Shown here piece after piece: positions 47,460-60,451 of a DNA stretch of 64,000 nt (its first letter is position 1; each line of letters starts with the position of its first letter). A model generated the notes under the pieces. That model saw only the letters and a list, made by a program, of their open reading frames with translations. It was not told where the DNA came from and did not search any database. The DNA lies in the NCBI GenBank assembly GCA_964016885.1, contig OZ024756.1:12400001-12464000 (forward strand), written 5' to 3'. The position numbers and the translations under genes were made by a program. Origin of the DNA: Eledone cirrhosa (Eukaryota).

Positions 47460-50400
47460 ATAATTACCTTATTACCAGAGGTTTCCCGAATAAGATGAAT
47501 ACAAGAAACGTCCTCACTCGTTCGTCAGACAAGGCAATTTAGAACATAGTGAAACATTTGAAAAATCTCCTCAAGAAAGGCAAAAGTTTAACGGGCAAAA
47601 AAAAAAGAAAATATATATATATATATATAAATAAAAGTAATGCAAGAGATATATAAAAATAAAATAAGGAAATATAGTTAGGGTATGTGTATAAATGTGT
47701 GTATATGCACTCACAAATGTACATATGTGTGTATGTACAAATGCATGTGTATAGTGAAAAAATGTGTGCGTAAGTACATACATGAGGGCAAGCATATCAG
47801 TGTATGTGTGACCACAAATACGTATATAATATATGTTGAAAAAAGAAATTGTAAGATAATAGAGTTAACGTACATCCAGACTCAGGTATTAAGGATTGAA
47901 ATATATACACATATAATTATGAAAGCACGCGTATAAACACACACACGCAACCACATACATGCAAGTGATATATACAGGGAAGGGAGTGTATCAGTCAAAG
48001 CAGTGTCAGGCTGAAGGTCGATACATATATAAAAAATATAAAATATGAAAATGAAAAAATATATGCGAATAAAAAAAAATCAAAGAGAAAGTAAGAGGGA
48101 GGGGTTATCAATTATAAAGTAACACTAGAAAAAATAGAAAACATACATAGGTTCGTACATACACATATATATATATAAAAATATATATATATATATATAA
48201 ACAAAAGCACATACATGCGTACATACATACAAAGGCGCGCATACATACACACGAAGCACATATATATATACGTACATGTACATCTAATCACACGTACGCA
48301 TGCGACTATATATATACATACATATATATATACACATACATATATATACATACACATATACATACATATATATATATACACATACACACACACACACATA
48401 TATATATAAGTATGTAAAAAACATAGATATAAAAACACACATACACACACACGCACACATACGAATGCATTTGTATACATATACAAACACGCATACACAC
48501 ACATGCACGCTCACACGCATAGATACAATATAAAAACCAGCCGTATGAATAAATGAGTACAAATTATACGCAAGTAAGCATACATAAAAGCGGCTGAGAG
48601 ACAACAGAATATATCTGGAGTTGAAAACGCAAGTGACATGTCATTATCAGGTAGTGAAAGAAAATGGGGAAATAAAATATGTAAAATTGTGAAGATATAA
48701 AGTAAGTGAATCAAAAAGAAGGGAGGGAGGGGGGTCACTGGTAGATGTGAAGTAAAAATAAAGATAAAAGTAAATCAGAAAGAGAAGTCTGTAAAGAGGG
48801 TAATTTAAGGAAAGTGAAGAACAAGAGTTTATGGAGGATAAGTATCTGAAAGTGAGTTAAGTTTATATGAGCTGGAAAGCAAGTGTGATTTCATGTGTGG
48901 GCAACTGGTGAAAATTTCTGTTTTTGCATTTAGGCAGGTTTTTGGTGATTTAAGGTTCTGTAAAATCCAATATTTTTCACTTATGCAGAGTGCGCATCTT
49001 CTTGTTCCTCTTGCATATTCTTTAGATTCGGTCAAAATTGACCAATCTAATTTATATTGGATACCTTGGTCTTTCAAATCCCATATTCTGCTAGCCAGAG
49101 CTGTTGTAAATCTTTTTTCAGGATGTCGGAAAGATGCGACATGTGAGTAATAACGAGTTTTGAATTTGTCTTGTGTCATACCCACATATCGTTCGCTGGT
49201 GGCTGGTTGGTTGTTGCTGGTGGTTGTCACTTTAGCCGCATATACAATGGCTTTGGTGTTGCATTTACCTTGTAATGGGCATTCACTTTTGACTCTACAG
49301 GAGCAATTTTGATGTTCTCTGGGTATTTTCTTATTGAGGATATAAGATTTAATAGGGGGACCTAGGGGTAGCTGATTTTGACAGTTTCTATTGAAGATCT
49401 TATAGTATCTATGTGTTCTAGGGAAATGTTTATCTAAGAGCTCTAGGAATTTTTTGCCTACATTAGTTTTAACTGCTAAAGAGTAGGGGGGGGGGGGGGC
49501 AGATTATTTTTCTTTTTCTATTATTATGTTTAAAGGAGTTAGTATTGTTGGGTATGTACTTAATCGGTTCGCTAAATCCACTATTTTGAAGGGCTTTATT
49601 ATAGTAGGGAGATGCCCTTATTGAAAATAGCTTCTGAGGAAAAGAGGGTGGAGATCCTACAGCTAATATTAGGGATAAGATTTTTTAAAACTATAGGAGG
49701 ATGGCAAGAGCCTTTATTTATATATTTTAAATTTTCATTAGGTTTATGGTACGGTTTATAAGAAGCAGTAGGCAGATCTAGGTTTATATCTAGAAAATTA
49801 ACATTAGAAAGGTTAGTGTCAATGGTAATTTTAAGATTAAAACTAGCGAAGGTTTTTATTAAGTCTTTCCTGAATCTATCTAAGTTATGGCCTATAGTGG
49901 TATGGGCAAGTAATAGACCATCATTGCGATAAACCCCAAAGGTATGGTTAGGGAATTTCTCTTTAAGTATGTGTAGGAGGAATAGGCCGACTAAATCACA
50001 CACGTCAGCACTGTCAAAAGAACCCATTGAGACATCGAATGGGTTCTCTGGGTTAGATTTTTTTTACCCAAGTATCATTATTAGTAAATAGTAAAGTGTT
50101 TCTAGCATGCAAAATGACATTCTCTTCAATATCAGAAATATTGATAAACTTTCTAGCGAAATTTAAGGCTTTCATTAAAAGAGGGTGAGTAATAGACGGG
50201 TAGAAGTCTACAATGTCAAATTGGGTGAATCTAGGACTATTTTTATCTTTAATATTATTAAACCAATGTACTACGGAAGAGCTATTCATCCATTGGAGTA
50301 ATTCAGACTTACTTCTAATATGTTTGTTTATATTATTTAATATTTTTTTGCTAGCAAGACCGATTTCAGTCTTAGCAGGGTTGATTAATCTACAACTAGG

Positions 50401-51029
50401 ACGATTAATAAAATCAGGTTTGTGATCTTTGAGGATAATGTAGGCATTACGTTTAGCAAGTTTTTCTGTTCTATTGTCTATTTTTAAAAAAACTAGCTAA
50501 TTCTTTAGCTTCCTTATTTATAGTATTATAGGTGTTTATATTAGCTATTTGGTATTTAGAGGTGATGTTATCTGTTAAGAGTTGGTCATGTAAGTTATTA
50601 TTAACTTCGTATAAGTTTTTAGTTTTGTCAGAGAAAATGAACTTATTTTTAGAAGATTTGAATATTGAAATATCGTTAGATAGTTTAGATTGAAAAGGGT
50701 TAGAGTACTTACGGAATTTGATTTGGTTGATTAAATTAACTAAGTCTAGTTCAAAAGCGGTCATATCTTTTACTCTTTGCGGGTATTTATGAGACTTGAT
50801 ATCAAAATATTCTGTAGAGTCTGTGTTAAAGTGTCCATCGAAAATCAAAGCTTTCCATCTCATTCTTTTAACAACTTTCTCTACTTTGTCTATCAACATT
50901 TTAGTGTAGGAAGTGTTAGAAGGTGTTGGGATATTCTTGATGGAGTAATCCAAATGATGTCTATCCATGTTCAGTATTGGTTAAAATCCTTTTGACTGAA
51001 GAGTGCTCGACTTTAAAAGGGCTGGAAGG

Positions 51030-51033
<4 letters not shown>
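47460..51033 (-). mobile_element. Near full-length, decayed Penelope-like element B
   Basis: Fragments 50471-50968 (YSIKNIP..RMRWKA), 50053-50289 (FDIVDFYPSI), 49599-50027 (MGSFDSADVCDLVG, YRNDG) and 48829-49230 (YVGMT..KTRYYSH..CALCISEK, GIY-YIG). Flanked by (TA)n. Confidence 0.88.
47462..47539 (-). ncRNA. Type-I hammerhead ribozyme motif at the 3' end of Penelope-like element B
   Basis: Minus strand AATTGCCTTGT-CTGACGA-ACGAGTGAG...CTTATTCGG-GAAA-CCTCTGG-TA^ATAAGGTAATT: 11-bp stem I, 8-bp stem II (first pair mismatched), stem III, GUA triplet. Confidence 0.75.
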
Positions 51034-51090
<57 letters not shown>

Positions 51091-51119
51091 AAAGAATAGA
51101 GGTGTAACACACAAGTTAT

Positions 51120-51505
51120 TATATATTGGTAAACGGAATAGAAAATGCTGACAAATTGTTCACAGTTGAAAAATGGTTTAATTAGGAATAAAAGAGTATT
51201 AGTAATTGTATGGGTTAGTATTCAGTTGTGGTTTTAAGTTTTTAAGTTTTTACCAGTTGCGCATTTCTAAATGCTTTTCAAAAATAATTTTGAGATAGAG
51301 TGTCCGTGTTGTTTGCTCTGATCAGAGCAAACAACACGGACACTCTATCTCAAAATTATTTTTGAAAAGCATTTAGAAATGCGCAACTGGTAAAAACTTA
51401 AAACCACAACTGAATACTAACCCATACAATTACTAATACTCTTTTATTCCTAATTAAACCATTTTTCAACTGTGAACAATTTGTCAGCATTTTCTATTCC
51501 GTTTA

Positions 51506-51515
<10 letters not shown>
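51120..51515. repeat. Spacer-less ~396-bp palindrome
   Basis: Arms 51120-51321 and 51322-51515 are centred on TGA|TCA. They appear identical except for an 8-nt duplication (aagttttt) in the left arm. Confidence 0.95.
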
Positions 51516-51549
<34 letters not shown>

Positions 51550-51598
51550 AATAAGATAACAAGGACGATTGGTTACTCCTTCATTATGTTTATTGGTT

Positions 51599-51684
51599 GG
51601 TGACGCGCGTTTCGCCACTGACCAGCTCAAGGTTCTGATCTGTATCGAACTGACCTGACTCTGTAATCTGTGGCTCATCAGACC
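51599..51684 (-). ncRNA. Minimal type-I hammerhead ribozyme at the 3' end of Penelope-like element C
   Basis: Minus strand GGT-CTGATGA-GCCAC-(51 nt)-GTGGC-GAAA-CGCGCG-TC^ACC, followed by AATAAA. The core is intact and stem III is the palindrome ACGCGCGT. Confidence 0.8.
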
Positions 51685-53804
51685 CCTTAGGATATGTGAA
51701 GGGTGAAAATGTGATAGTGGTGGGAAATAAATGTAATGGTAGTAATAACGATGATGAAATTATTGTGGTAATTGATAGGATGCTGCTGGTGTGTGTGGGT
51801 GCTTCTTGAGTGTGATGTGTGTGTTGGTGTGGGTGGTGACTACATGATGATGATATGTTTAATGAGGGACATGATAAAGAATACAATATAATATTAACAA
51901 GAATAACATTGGCAATGAATGTAACAGTGGTAATGAGGACGATGATAAAGTTGATGAGACATGATAATAATTGTGGTAGTTACTAGGATATTGTGTACGT
52001 ATTGTTGTCTGAGTTAAGGTGGTTAAGTCTTGTTCTGTCTGTGGTTAATGTCCGAATACCACGGCGGAGAATGGAGGCTTTTTTGTGTCTGCAGTTTATG
52101 AAGATTTCTGATTTTAATTTAATGATCTCTGCCGATTCAGCCAGGCACAACTTGCAGTGGCTCCCTCTGGTGGAATATTGGGCCACACGTCTCCTTCCGG
52201 ACCATTTGATCTGGTATTTCAGGTTTCTATCCTTGAGGTCCCAGAACAAACCTGCCAGTCTGGTTTGGGAACACTTAGGTCTGTGGTTGAAGGAGCTTCT
52301 GTGGTTGTACAGTCGCTCCTTAAACGTTGTTCAGGTTGCACCTATATACATGTATTCCTTGTGCCCAGCCATGACATCTCACTGGTATATAATGTTCCTG
52401 ATGAGGCACTCTCCGCTCAGTGGGCATTCCTCTGGCTTTTCACAATTTCACCTGAGGGCTATTGAATTATTGGTATATCGTTGGTCAGTCTCATTTTGGT
52501 TGGAGTTGACTTGTTGGTCATTGTTGTGTATTGACTGTGTGGTGTTAGTGGTTGTTTGAGGTGTTTATGTTTGTGTATTTTGGTCCTATTAGTGTATAGT
52601 GTCGGCTAGATTGGGTGTTGTGGAGAAGGAGAATGTTACTGTATGTCTGTTAAAGAGCTTGTGGTATTTGTGTGAGGGTGAAAAAGATTGGTCAAGGGCC
52701 TTGAAGAATGTTCTGGGGACATTGGTAGCAACGTGTATCGAGTACGGGATGTTGTATAATGTCACGGTTCCGCTCTGGGTCCTCTGATGTTTAGTGTGGT
52801 TGTTGTAGCCTGGTGTGTATTTGTGGGTGTGTTGTGGTCAGGCGTTTAATCTTCGGTCTTTATTAATTTGTATTTGTGTGCTAGGCATCCCATAGAGGTG
52901 TAGGAGAGTATGGTTTTACCTCCTTGGCAGTGGTATGTGTCATTGCCTGGCCTGTTGGCTAATGGTGGACCTTACGCTGTAGTTACTCTAGGGGGGGACG
53001 TTCTTATCAATATGTGTTGCTAAAGGCCTATGTTGATTGTGTAACATTGTGTTGTTAGTCTGGTCGTCGTTGTATGTGATCTTATCTTTATATCCAACCT
53101 TTTCTAGTGTGGAGTTGTAGTATCTTGCATGCTGGTTGAGGATAGACCTATTAGCCGACAGGGTGGACACTCTGTTAGATACACTCTTAACTATAGAGTT
53201 AATAATGTTCTTATGATGGTTGGAGTGGCTATTATCATACTTCAAGTTCTCATTGGGTTTAGTATTACATCTAAGAAATTAACTGTCCTATTACGTTTTA
53301 TTTCTATCGTCAGGCCATACTTCCTAAAGAAGAACCTAAGTCACTTATGTAGTCTTTCTATTTGGCTGTTGTTAAGTCCTCGGGCTTCATCTCTGTACAG
53401 CCCTCCTCCTAAGCTAGGGATCTCATCTGTTAGTTTATGAAGGAGGTACAATCCAACCATATCCATGATTTGGACAGAATCGCTCAACCCCATTGTAATG
53501 TCAAAACTATTGGGTCTATTTTGTCTCTCCCATAGCCTACAGTCGAATTCTAGTAGTGTTTTCCTAGCTACTATAATGATGTCGACTTCCTTTCTAGTGA
53601 GGTAGGATCTATTCATGGCTGAGATCAATGCCTTGTACAAGATGACTGGGATATTGCGGCATAGTAGTTCAAAATGTCGAGTTCGATGAATCGAACTTCT
53701 GACTTGATATACATGCTGGAGAACCAGTCAATAACCTCTCTAGTACAAGACCACAGGCTGAGTTTTGTTATATTTCAAAGTTCAGGTATTACTCTGTCAA
53801 TGAT

Positions 53805-56133
53805 CATCATCATCATCATCATCAGGTTTAGCGTCCGTGTTCCACGCTTGCATGGGTTTGGACGGGGGTTTTCCCACTTGAGGCAAGAGTGGTTGTCTTG
53901 CTCGCATAGGACTGTCTGGCGGGTTTTCTACAGTTGGATGCCCTTCCTAACACCAACCACATTTACAGTGTGGGGCTGGGAGGTTTTTACCGTGTTGCCT
54001 ACACGGCCACATTACAGCGTGGACTGTCTGGCGGGTTTTCTACAGCTGGATGCCCTTCCTAACACCAACCACATTTACAGTGTGGGGCTGGGAGGTTTTT
54101 ACCGTGTTGCCTACACGGCCACATTTACAGCGTGGACTGTGTGTTTTTTTGTCGTGACACCTACACGATCTCATTTGTTTCGGCCTGGATGTTGTGGGAC
54201 CAACATAACTTTACATTGAAAGGGGCGGTGTGGATGGGGTGGAGGTGGTGGGACGGGGGGGTGTTTTGATAGAGATGCCTACTGACTGTAGTAGGTTTTT
54301 ACTTTGAAATTTAGGTAAGGCGGGTCTTCTCTATTACTGAGTACCGCCAAAGGTCTCGGTCCAGTGACATTGTCTTGGAGAGGTGTAAGCGTGTGAGGTC
54401 GGAATTTATCAGCTCGTCCCATGTTTTTCTGGGTCTGCCTACTCCGTGGCTACCGTCTATCTTTATTGCCCTGCACTTTGTTATACAGCTGTCGTCTTTC
54501 ATGCGCATCACGTGACCGTACCAACGTAGCCTTCTCTCAAGTAAACATCTGATCCCTCTTATTTCTAATTTTTTCCTTAGTTCGTTTATGCTTTGCCGTT
54601 CACGTATATTACTATTGCACATCCAGCGGAGCATGCAAGCTTCGTTCCTCTCTAGTCTGCGTATATCCTCTGCACACAATGCCCAGGTCTCACTGCCATG
54701 CAGCATTGCTGTTCGTATGCAGGCATCGTATAACCTGCCTTTCATTTTTAGGGAGAACCCTCTAGCGGCTAATAGTGGTATAAGCTCTCTGAACTTTTTC
54801 CATCCAGTTCTGACTCTAGCTACTGTACTTTCAGAGCACCCTCCCCCACTGCTGATTTTGTCACCCAGGTAACGGAAGCTGTCCACTATTTCTATAGAAC
54901 CCTCTGCGCAGTTGAAGGAGCTAGTATTTTGTGGGCACTTGCTGCTACTTATTGCACCAGAGCACCGGCCACATGTAAAATCTATGTTCTTAGTTAGCTT
55001 ACCTGTGATCCCACTACATCTTTTATGCACCCATACTTTGCATTTGGGACATAAAATGGAGTTTCTACCTTCCTACACACTGAGCATGGCCATTTCCCAG
55101 ATGGGACTGCCGCCTTATTTTCTTTCCTACAAACTAGAACTTTAGTCTTAGCCAGGTTAATTTTAAGGCCTTTTGATTCTAGGCCGTGCTTCCATGTTTG
55201 GAATTTCTTCTCTAGTTCGGTCATTGATTCAGCTATGAGCGTTAGATCATCTGCGTATAGGAGTTCCCATAGGCAGCCGGTCTTGAACTCCTCTGTTATA
55301 GCCTGAAGGGCAATAATAAATAGTAGAGGGCTAAGAACAGAGCCCTGATGGACACCAACTTTTACGCTAAACTCTTCACTATATTCGTTGTTAATTCTAA
55401 CCTTACTGACTGTTTCTTTATACATGGCTTGTATAGCTCTCACAAGCCATTTGTCAACACCTAGTTTTCTAAGAGACCACCAGATAATGGAACGGGGGAC
55501 TCTGTCGAAGGCTTTCTCCAAGTTAACGAAAGCTAAGTATAGGGGTTTACTTTTAGCTAGGTACTTCTCCTGTAGTTGTCGTACAATGAAAAGAGCGTCT
55601 GTGGTACTTTTGCCTGACACAAATCCGAACTGCATTTCATCTAGATCAATTCTCTCTCTGATTAGTTGCGCTATTACTTTTTCCGTGACCTTCATGACCT
55701 GGTCGATTAATTTAATGCCTCTATAGTTACTCCTATCTAGGGCATCTCCTTTTCCCTTATAGCAGTTAACGATGATGCTGCTACGCCAGTCCTTCGGAAC
55801 AACCCCATTCTGTACGACTTGGTTAACTATCCGGGTGACCATGGTGTGTCCCACCGAACCAGATGCCTTCAGCATCTCAGCAACTATTTCCGAAGGACCA
55901 GCCGCCTTACCCGTCTTCATATCTTTGATTGCCTTGCTTATTGTACTACCCTGGACTAACACTGCTGGTCCCTCTATTGGGTCGATGTGGGGGAGACTGT
56001 CTTTCTCCCATTTGTTCTCCTCATTTAGAAGCCTTTCGTAGTGACACTTCCAAGCTACCTTCTTATCAGCGTCGGTGATGGCAAGTATGCCATCATCGTT
56101 AAGTACACACTTCTCCCCGACAATATCACGGTT
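53805..56133 (-). mobile_element. 5'-truncated RTE LINE (subfamily B), the least degraded copy in the window
   Basis: ORF 54994-56157 covers the RT motifs and 54311-55030 the C-terminus, separated by a frameshift in the PHD region. (GAT)n tail; possible 4-bp TSD tgat at 53801-53804 and 56134-56137. Confidence 0.93.
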
Positions 56134-56956
56134 TGATAGATTTACTAAGTCTTCCAAGGTCTGATTTGGAGGGAGCTATAAGTCTAACTGTTAGTTTACT
56201 CTGAAAGTCCGGTTTGTGGTCTTTAATTGAAATCCTAGGGCTGTAGGGTTGTGTCCTATCGTCGATCTTAAGTTCAGTCCTTATCATCTTGGCCTGGTTG
56301 CTTATGTAGGTTAGATTTTCATGTGTTGATGTTTTGTAGTTTTTTTTGTACCTTGTTCGTAATGCATTTTTGGTATGTACTGTACTCCATATTGTATACG
56401 TTTCCAGTCTTCACCACTGGTACCACTATACCAGGGCACTTTTTAATGTCCTTCATGGTAGAGGCAAGTCCTGACAGATATGCACTTCTGTCAGAATTGC
56501 GTGGTGTTTTTTTTAATTTAATGTTCCAGATCATGGTAATGATCTTGTTGTCAAATTCTTTGAGGTGTGCATTGTGTGGTGGGTTTCTCGTTGATTTGAA
56601 GAGTCCTTTCAGGTGTTGGTTAGTGTCATCCCCGGTTATTGGGGCCTTCCTGTTGTTGTAGTGGTAGGCTCTCCAGTGGATCCTTCTGATGAAAGAGTTG
56701 GTTTGTTGTAGTAATAACCACATGTAGGTGTCATCTCAAGATATGGGTATGTCCTTTAGGGAGGAAGTGGTAAATATCTAGGGAATGTAATGTGAAGGTA
56801 CGTGGCTGAGTGGTTAGAGAATTGAATTCGCAATCATGAGGTTGTGAATTCGATTCCTGGACCAGACAATGCGTTATGTCCTTGAGCAAGACACTTTATT
56901 TCACGTTGCTCCTTCTACCTGGAGTTGTGACCAATAGATAGTATTAGCAATTGGAA

Positions 56957-57018
<62 letters not shown>

Positions 57019-57220
57019 ATACATATAAATAAATAGATAGATAGATAGATACATATGGATATATGTTAGTAGTTACTAGTTAAGACTAGTAAGACCATTG
57101 TTCAGCTTAGTATTCAGTACTTAAGAAAGTAGAGTGTGAAGTACTGTAATGATTTTTTGCCGTACGGTAACACACTTGTCGAACCGGTAAGAGCTCAACT
57201 GCTGGCTTAAAATCATTATA

Positions 57221-57263
<43 letters not shown>

Positions 57264-57333
57264 ATTCCGGGTTGAGTCAGCGGTAACCACAGTAAGTAAG
57301 GTACTCAATACATAGCAGAGTATAAAAGTTTTA

Positions 57334-57416
57334 ATATAGAAGAGCTTCTACAGGACTAGAACTGTTTCATTCGTGAGCTCACGAATGAAACAGTTCTAGT
57401 CCTGTAGAAGCTCTTC

Positions 57417-57421
<5 letters not shown>
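57334..57421. repeat. Perfect 88-bp palindrome
   Basis: atatagaagagcttctacaggactagaactgtttcattcgtgag|ctcacgaatgaaacagttctagtcctgtagaagctcttctatat. Confidence 0.95.
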
Positions 57422-57455
<34 letters not shown>

Positions 57456-58809
57456 AAAGACGATCTGTGCTGACACATATACAGACAACGAAGAAGACAA
57501 TACAATAAAACACAGAAGTTTAACATTTACATTACTCTATATTTACTATTGTATTTTCACAGTAATGGCTTCACCTCACATAATTATATCACATAATATC
57601 AAATCTATGAGATATTGATGTTATTTATTTTGAGAACAATACCTTAACATCAGTAAGAGCGGCCAGTTACAGCCAGTTTTAACAGAATGAGGTGAGAGAA
57701 TTCTGGCCGGATACGGCCAATTTAAGTGCTAAAGGGTTAAAGAAGTAAATATTTTGTAAATCATTGTAAATAAATATCTGACTTGTCCTACCCATATGCT
57801 AGCATGGAAAATGAACAGTAAACGATGATGATATGGAACAGTCAGACATAATGGAACAGGAATAAAAATAGTAAAAAATGAAATAACATTTGAAATTATA
57901 GTATTTTGAATTTTGAATTTGTAGAGACAGCAGTTCATTACATTCATATTTAACTCTTTTGTTGCCATATTTATAAATAAAAGACACTCTTTTACCTCTT
58001 CCAGTCGACTGGAGTAAGCGATGCTATCTATAATATTCAAATAATTTTGAAAATAATCAAGAATTTGGAAGGATTTAGTAATATACTGTATGTACTCAAA
58101 TATAAGCCAAGGAATAAGTGACCCCACAAAAAAATTGATGGAAGAAAGAGGTGGGGGATCAGTTTATATTTGGGGACAATATTTTGATGATTTTCACCAA
58201 CTTCAAATTCTACATAAATAAGATTTGGATATTTGCCCATTTCTCAGACATAAAATAGTAGGGTCAGCTTATATTTGAGTATACGCGCTAAGTAACTTCC
58301 TCAGTACTTACTGGTGTTTGAAACATAGCTTAACAAAGTTTCTTACACAAAATTACAATGGAAAGTTTTTAGCTAAATATCAACACTTTTAAATAAACAT
58401 TTTAATATAATAGAACGAAGAGTGGTTTGGTAACAAAAGGGTTAAATGAAAAAGGGTTAATGCATACTTAAGTGTAAATAATTTGAAAATATACAGTAGT
58501 GGGTGGGAAAAAATCCACAAAACAAAAATATTTAAAGTTTCAGCTTTTGAAAATAAATTCTAAAATTAAAATGGACGGAATTTGTAAATTAGTAAATTTG
58601 AATTTCGTTTGTAATATAAATCTGTCTTTTTTTTTATCATTATTTATTGTGCAAGAAACGTTTCATGTTTTATGAGTGGGGAAGATTATTTGTAGAAAAA
58701 CCAATATGGCTACCTGGCCAGAATTGAGATTTCAGTGTGTATTGTTGGCTTGTTAGTTTGAAGAGACAGAGTGTGTGAAATGTATAAAATGCATGTATAG
58801 AACACACAC

Positions 58810-58840
<31 letters not shown>

Positions 58841-59365
58841 TGCATAAACACACACATATGTATACACACACACACACACATATAAATATATATATATACA
58901 CAGATGCACATGTATATATGCTATGCTTTACAGAAACACGTTTCATTTCTGTGTATATATATTCACACACACACATGCGTATATCTCTGTGTGTGTGTAT
59001 ATATATATATATACATATATAGACCATAAATGGTAAAGTTTGACCACTTAATGAGAACTGATTGGAAATTCTTCTTCATCACCAACTCAGCAAGGAAATG
59101 TAAATGGTAAAGTTTTCTCTATACTGATCTGGTTGTTGGCATCTAGTTTCAGCTTTGGTGCTTCTAATTTTTGTTTTGGTGTTGATAATGCCACTGGTTG
59201 AAACATACTGTTGTTGATGATGCTGTTATTGGTGCCACCATCGTTATTGTTGTTGTCAATGATGTTATTGTCATTGTTGCTGAGGCTGGGGTAGCTAGTG
59301 TTGCCATTGTGTTAAGGAAAAGATGATCCTCCAATTAGATTAACCTGTTGACTGTCGCATGTATT

Positions 59366-59411
59366 TTACACAGTTACGGTTGCTAGCCGGGTTTTATTTT
59401 CAGTAAAATGA
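59366..59411 (-). CDS. Probable last coding exon of an unidentified upstream gene
   Basis: tttttttaaaatag|T CAT TTT ACT GAA AAT AAA ACC CGG CTA GCA ACC GTA ACT GTG TAA (HFTENKTRLATVTV*). Phase 2 fits the preceding exon. UTR-like sequence follows, with a minus-strand AATAAA at 58643-58648. Confidence 0.55.
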
Positions 59412-59855
59412 CTATTTTAAAAAAAAAAACATTTATTAACACAAGGCTTCAACATCATTCAAACTATATAGAAAAGCAGAAAAACATCAAGAATACAGTT
59501 TTTTAGGTTAGGTTAGTTATTAATTTATTTGGTAACCCTATGTCATATCTGAATGATGAGCTATCTTGTCTACGGCACTGAAGAGGTTAAGGAAAGAAAG
59601 TTTCCATTGGTCTTCTCCAATGCTGATACTATCTGTTGGTCACAACTCTTGGCAGAAGTGTCACCACATTTGTGGGAGACAAGAGGTAGAATTTGAACAA
59701 AGGACATACAGAGTCGGAACAGATACTACAAGCTATCTTTACCGATTCTTTAACAATTTCACAAATCAATCATCTCATGACTGTTTCTTTATTGATCCCA
59801 AAACAATGAAAGGTCAAAGTTGATCTGAGAACACAAGGAACCAAACCAAATACTG

Positions 59856-60423
59856 CAACACTATATCTAACCCAACACTATATTTAACCCAATACTATAT
59901 TTAACCCAATACTATATCTAATCCAACACTATATCTAACCCAACACTATATCTAATCCAACACTATATCTAACCCAACACTATATTTAATCCAACACTAT
60001 ATCTAACACAACACTATATTTAACCCAATAGCATATCTAATCCAACACTATATTTAACCCAACACTATATTTAATCCAATACTATATCTAACCCAACATT
60101 ATATCTAACCCAACACTATATTTAATCCAACACTATATCTAACCCAACACTATATCTAACCCAACACTATATCTAATCCAACACTATATTTAATCCAACA
60201 CTATATCTAACCCAACACTATATCTAACCCAATACTATATCTAACCCAACACTATATCTAACCCAATACTATATCTAACCCAACACTATATCTAACCCAA
60301 TACTATATCTAATCCAACACTATATTTAATCCAACACTATATCTAACCCAACACTATATCTAACCCAATACTATATCTAACCCAACACTATATCTAATCC
60401 AATGCTATATTTAATCCAACACT
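59856..60423. repeat. 17-bp tandem array (~33 copies)
   Basis: Unit caacactatatctaacc. Confidence 0.95.
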
Positions 60424-60451
60424 GTAGTGACTCTGCCAATTCACAAGGAAG

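Larger units (their letters stand above)
51546..56790 (-). mobile_element. Decayed Penelope-like element C, interrupted by an RTE at 53805-56133
   Basis: 56319-56723 (FIRRIHWRA, VKTGNVY), 53341-53640 (FDITMGLSDSVQIMDMVGLYLL, LYRD), 52988-53245, and 51983-52400 (GIY-YIG; CKLCLAE..CRHK). Confidence 0.85.

Noticed and set aside
54311-56157. Intact active RTE
   Set aside because: 5'-truncated (no endonuclease) and frameshifted near 55070.
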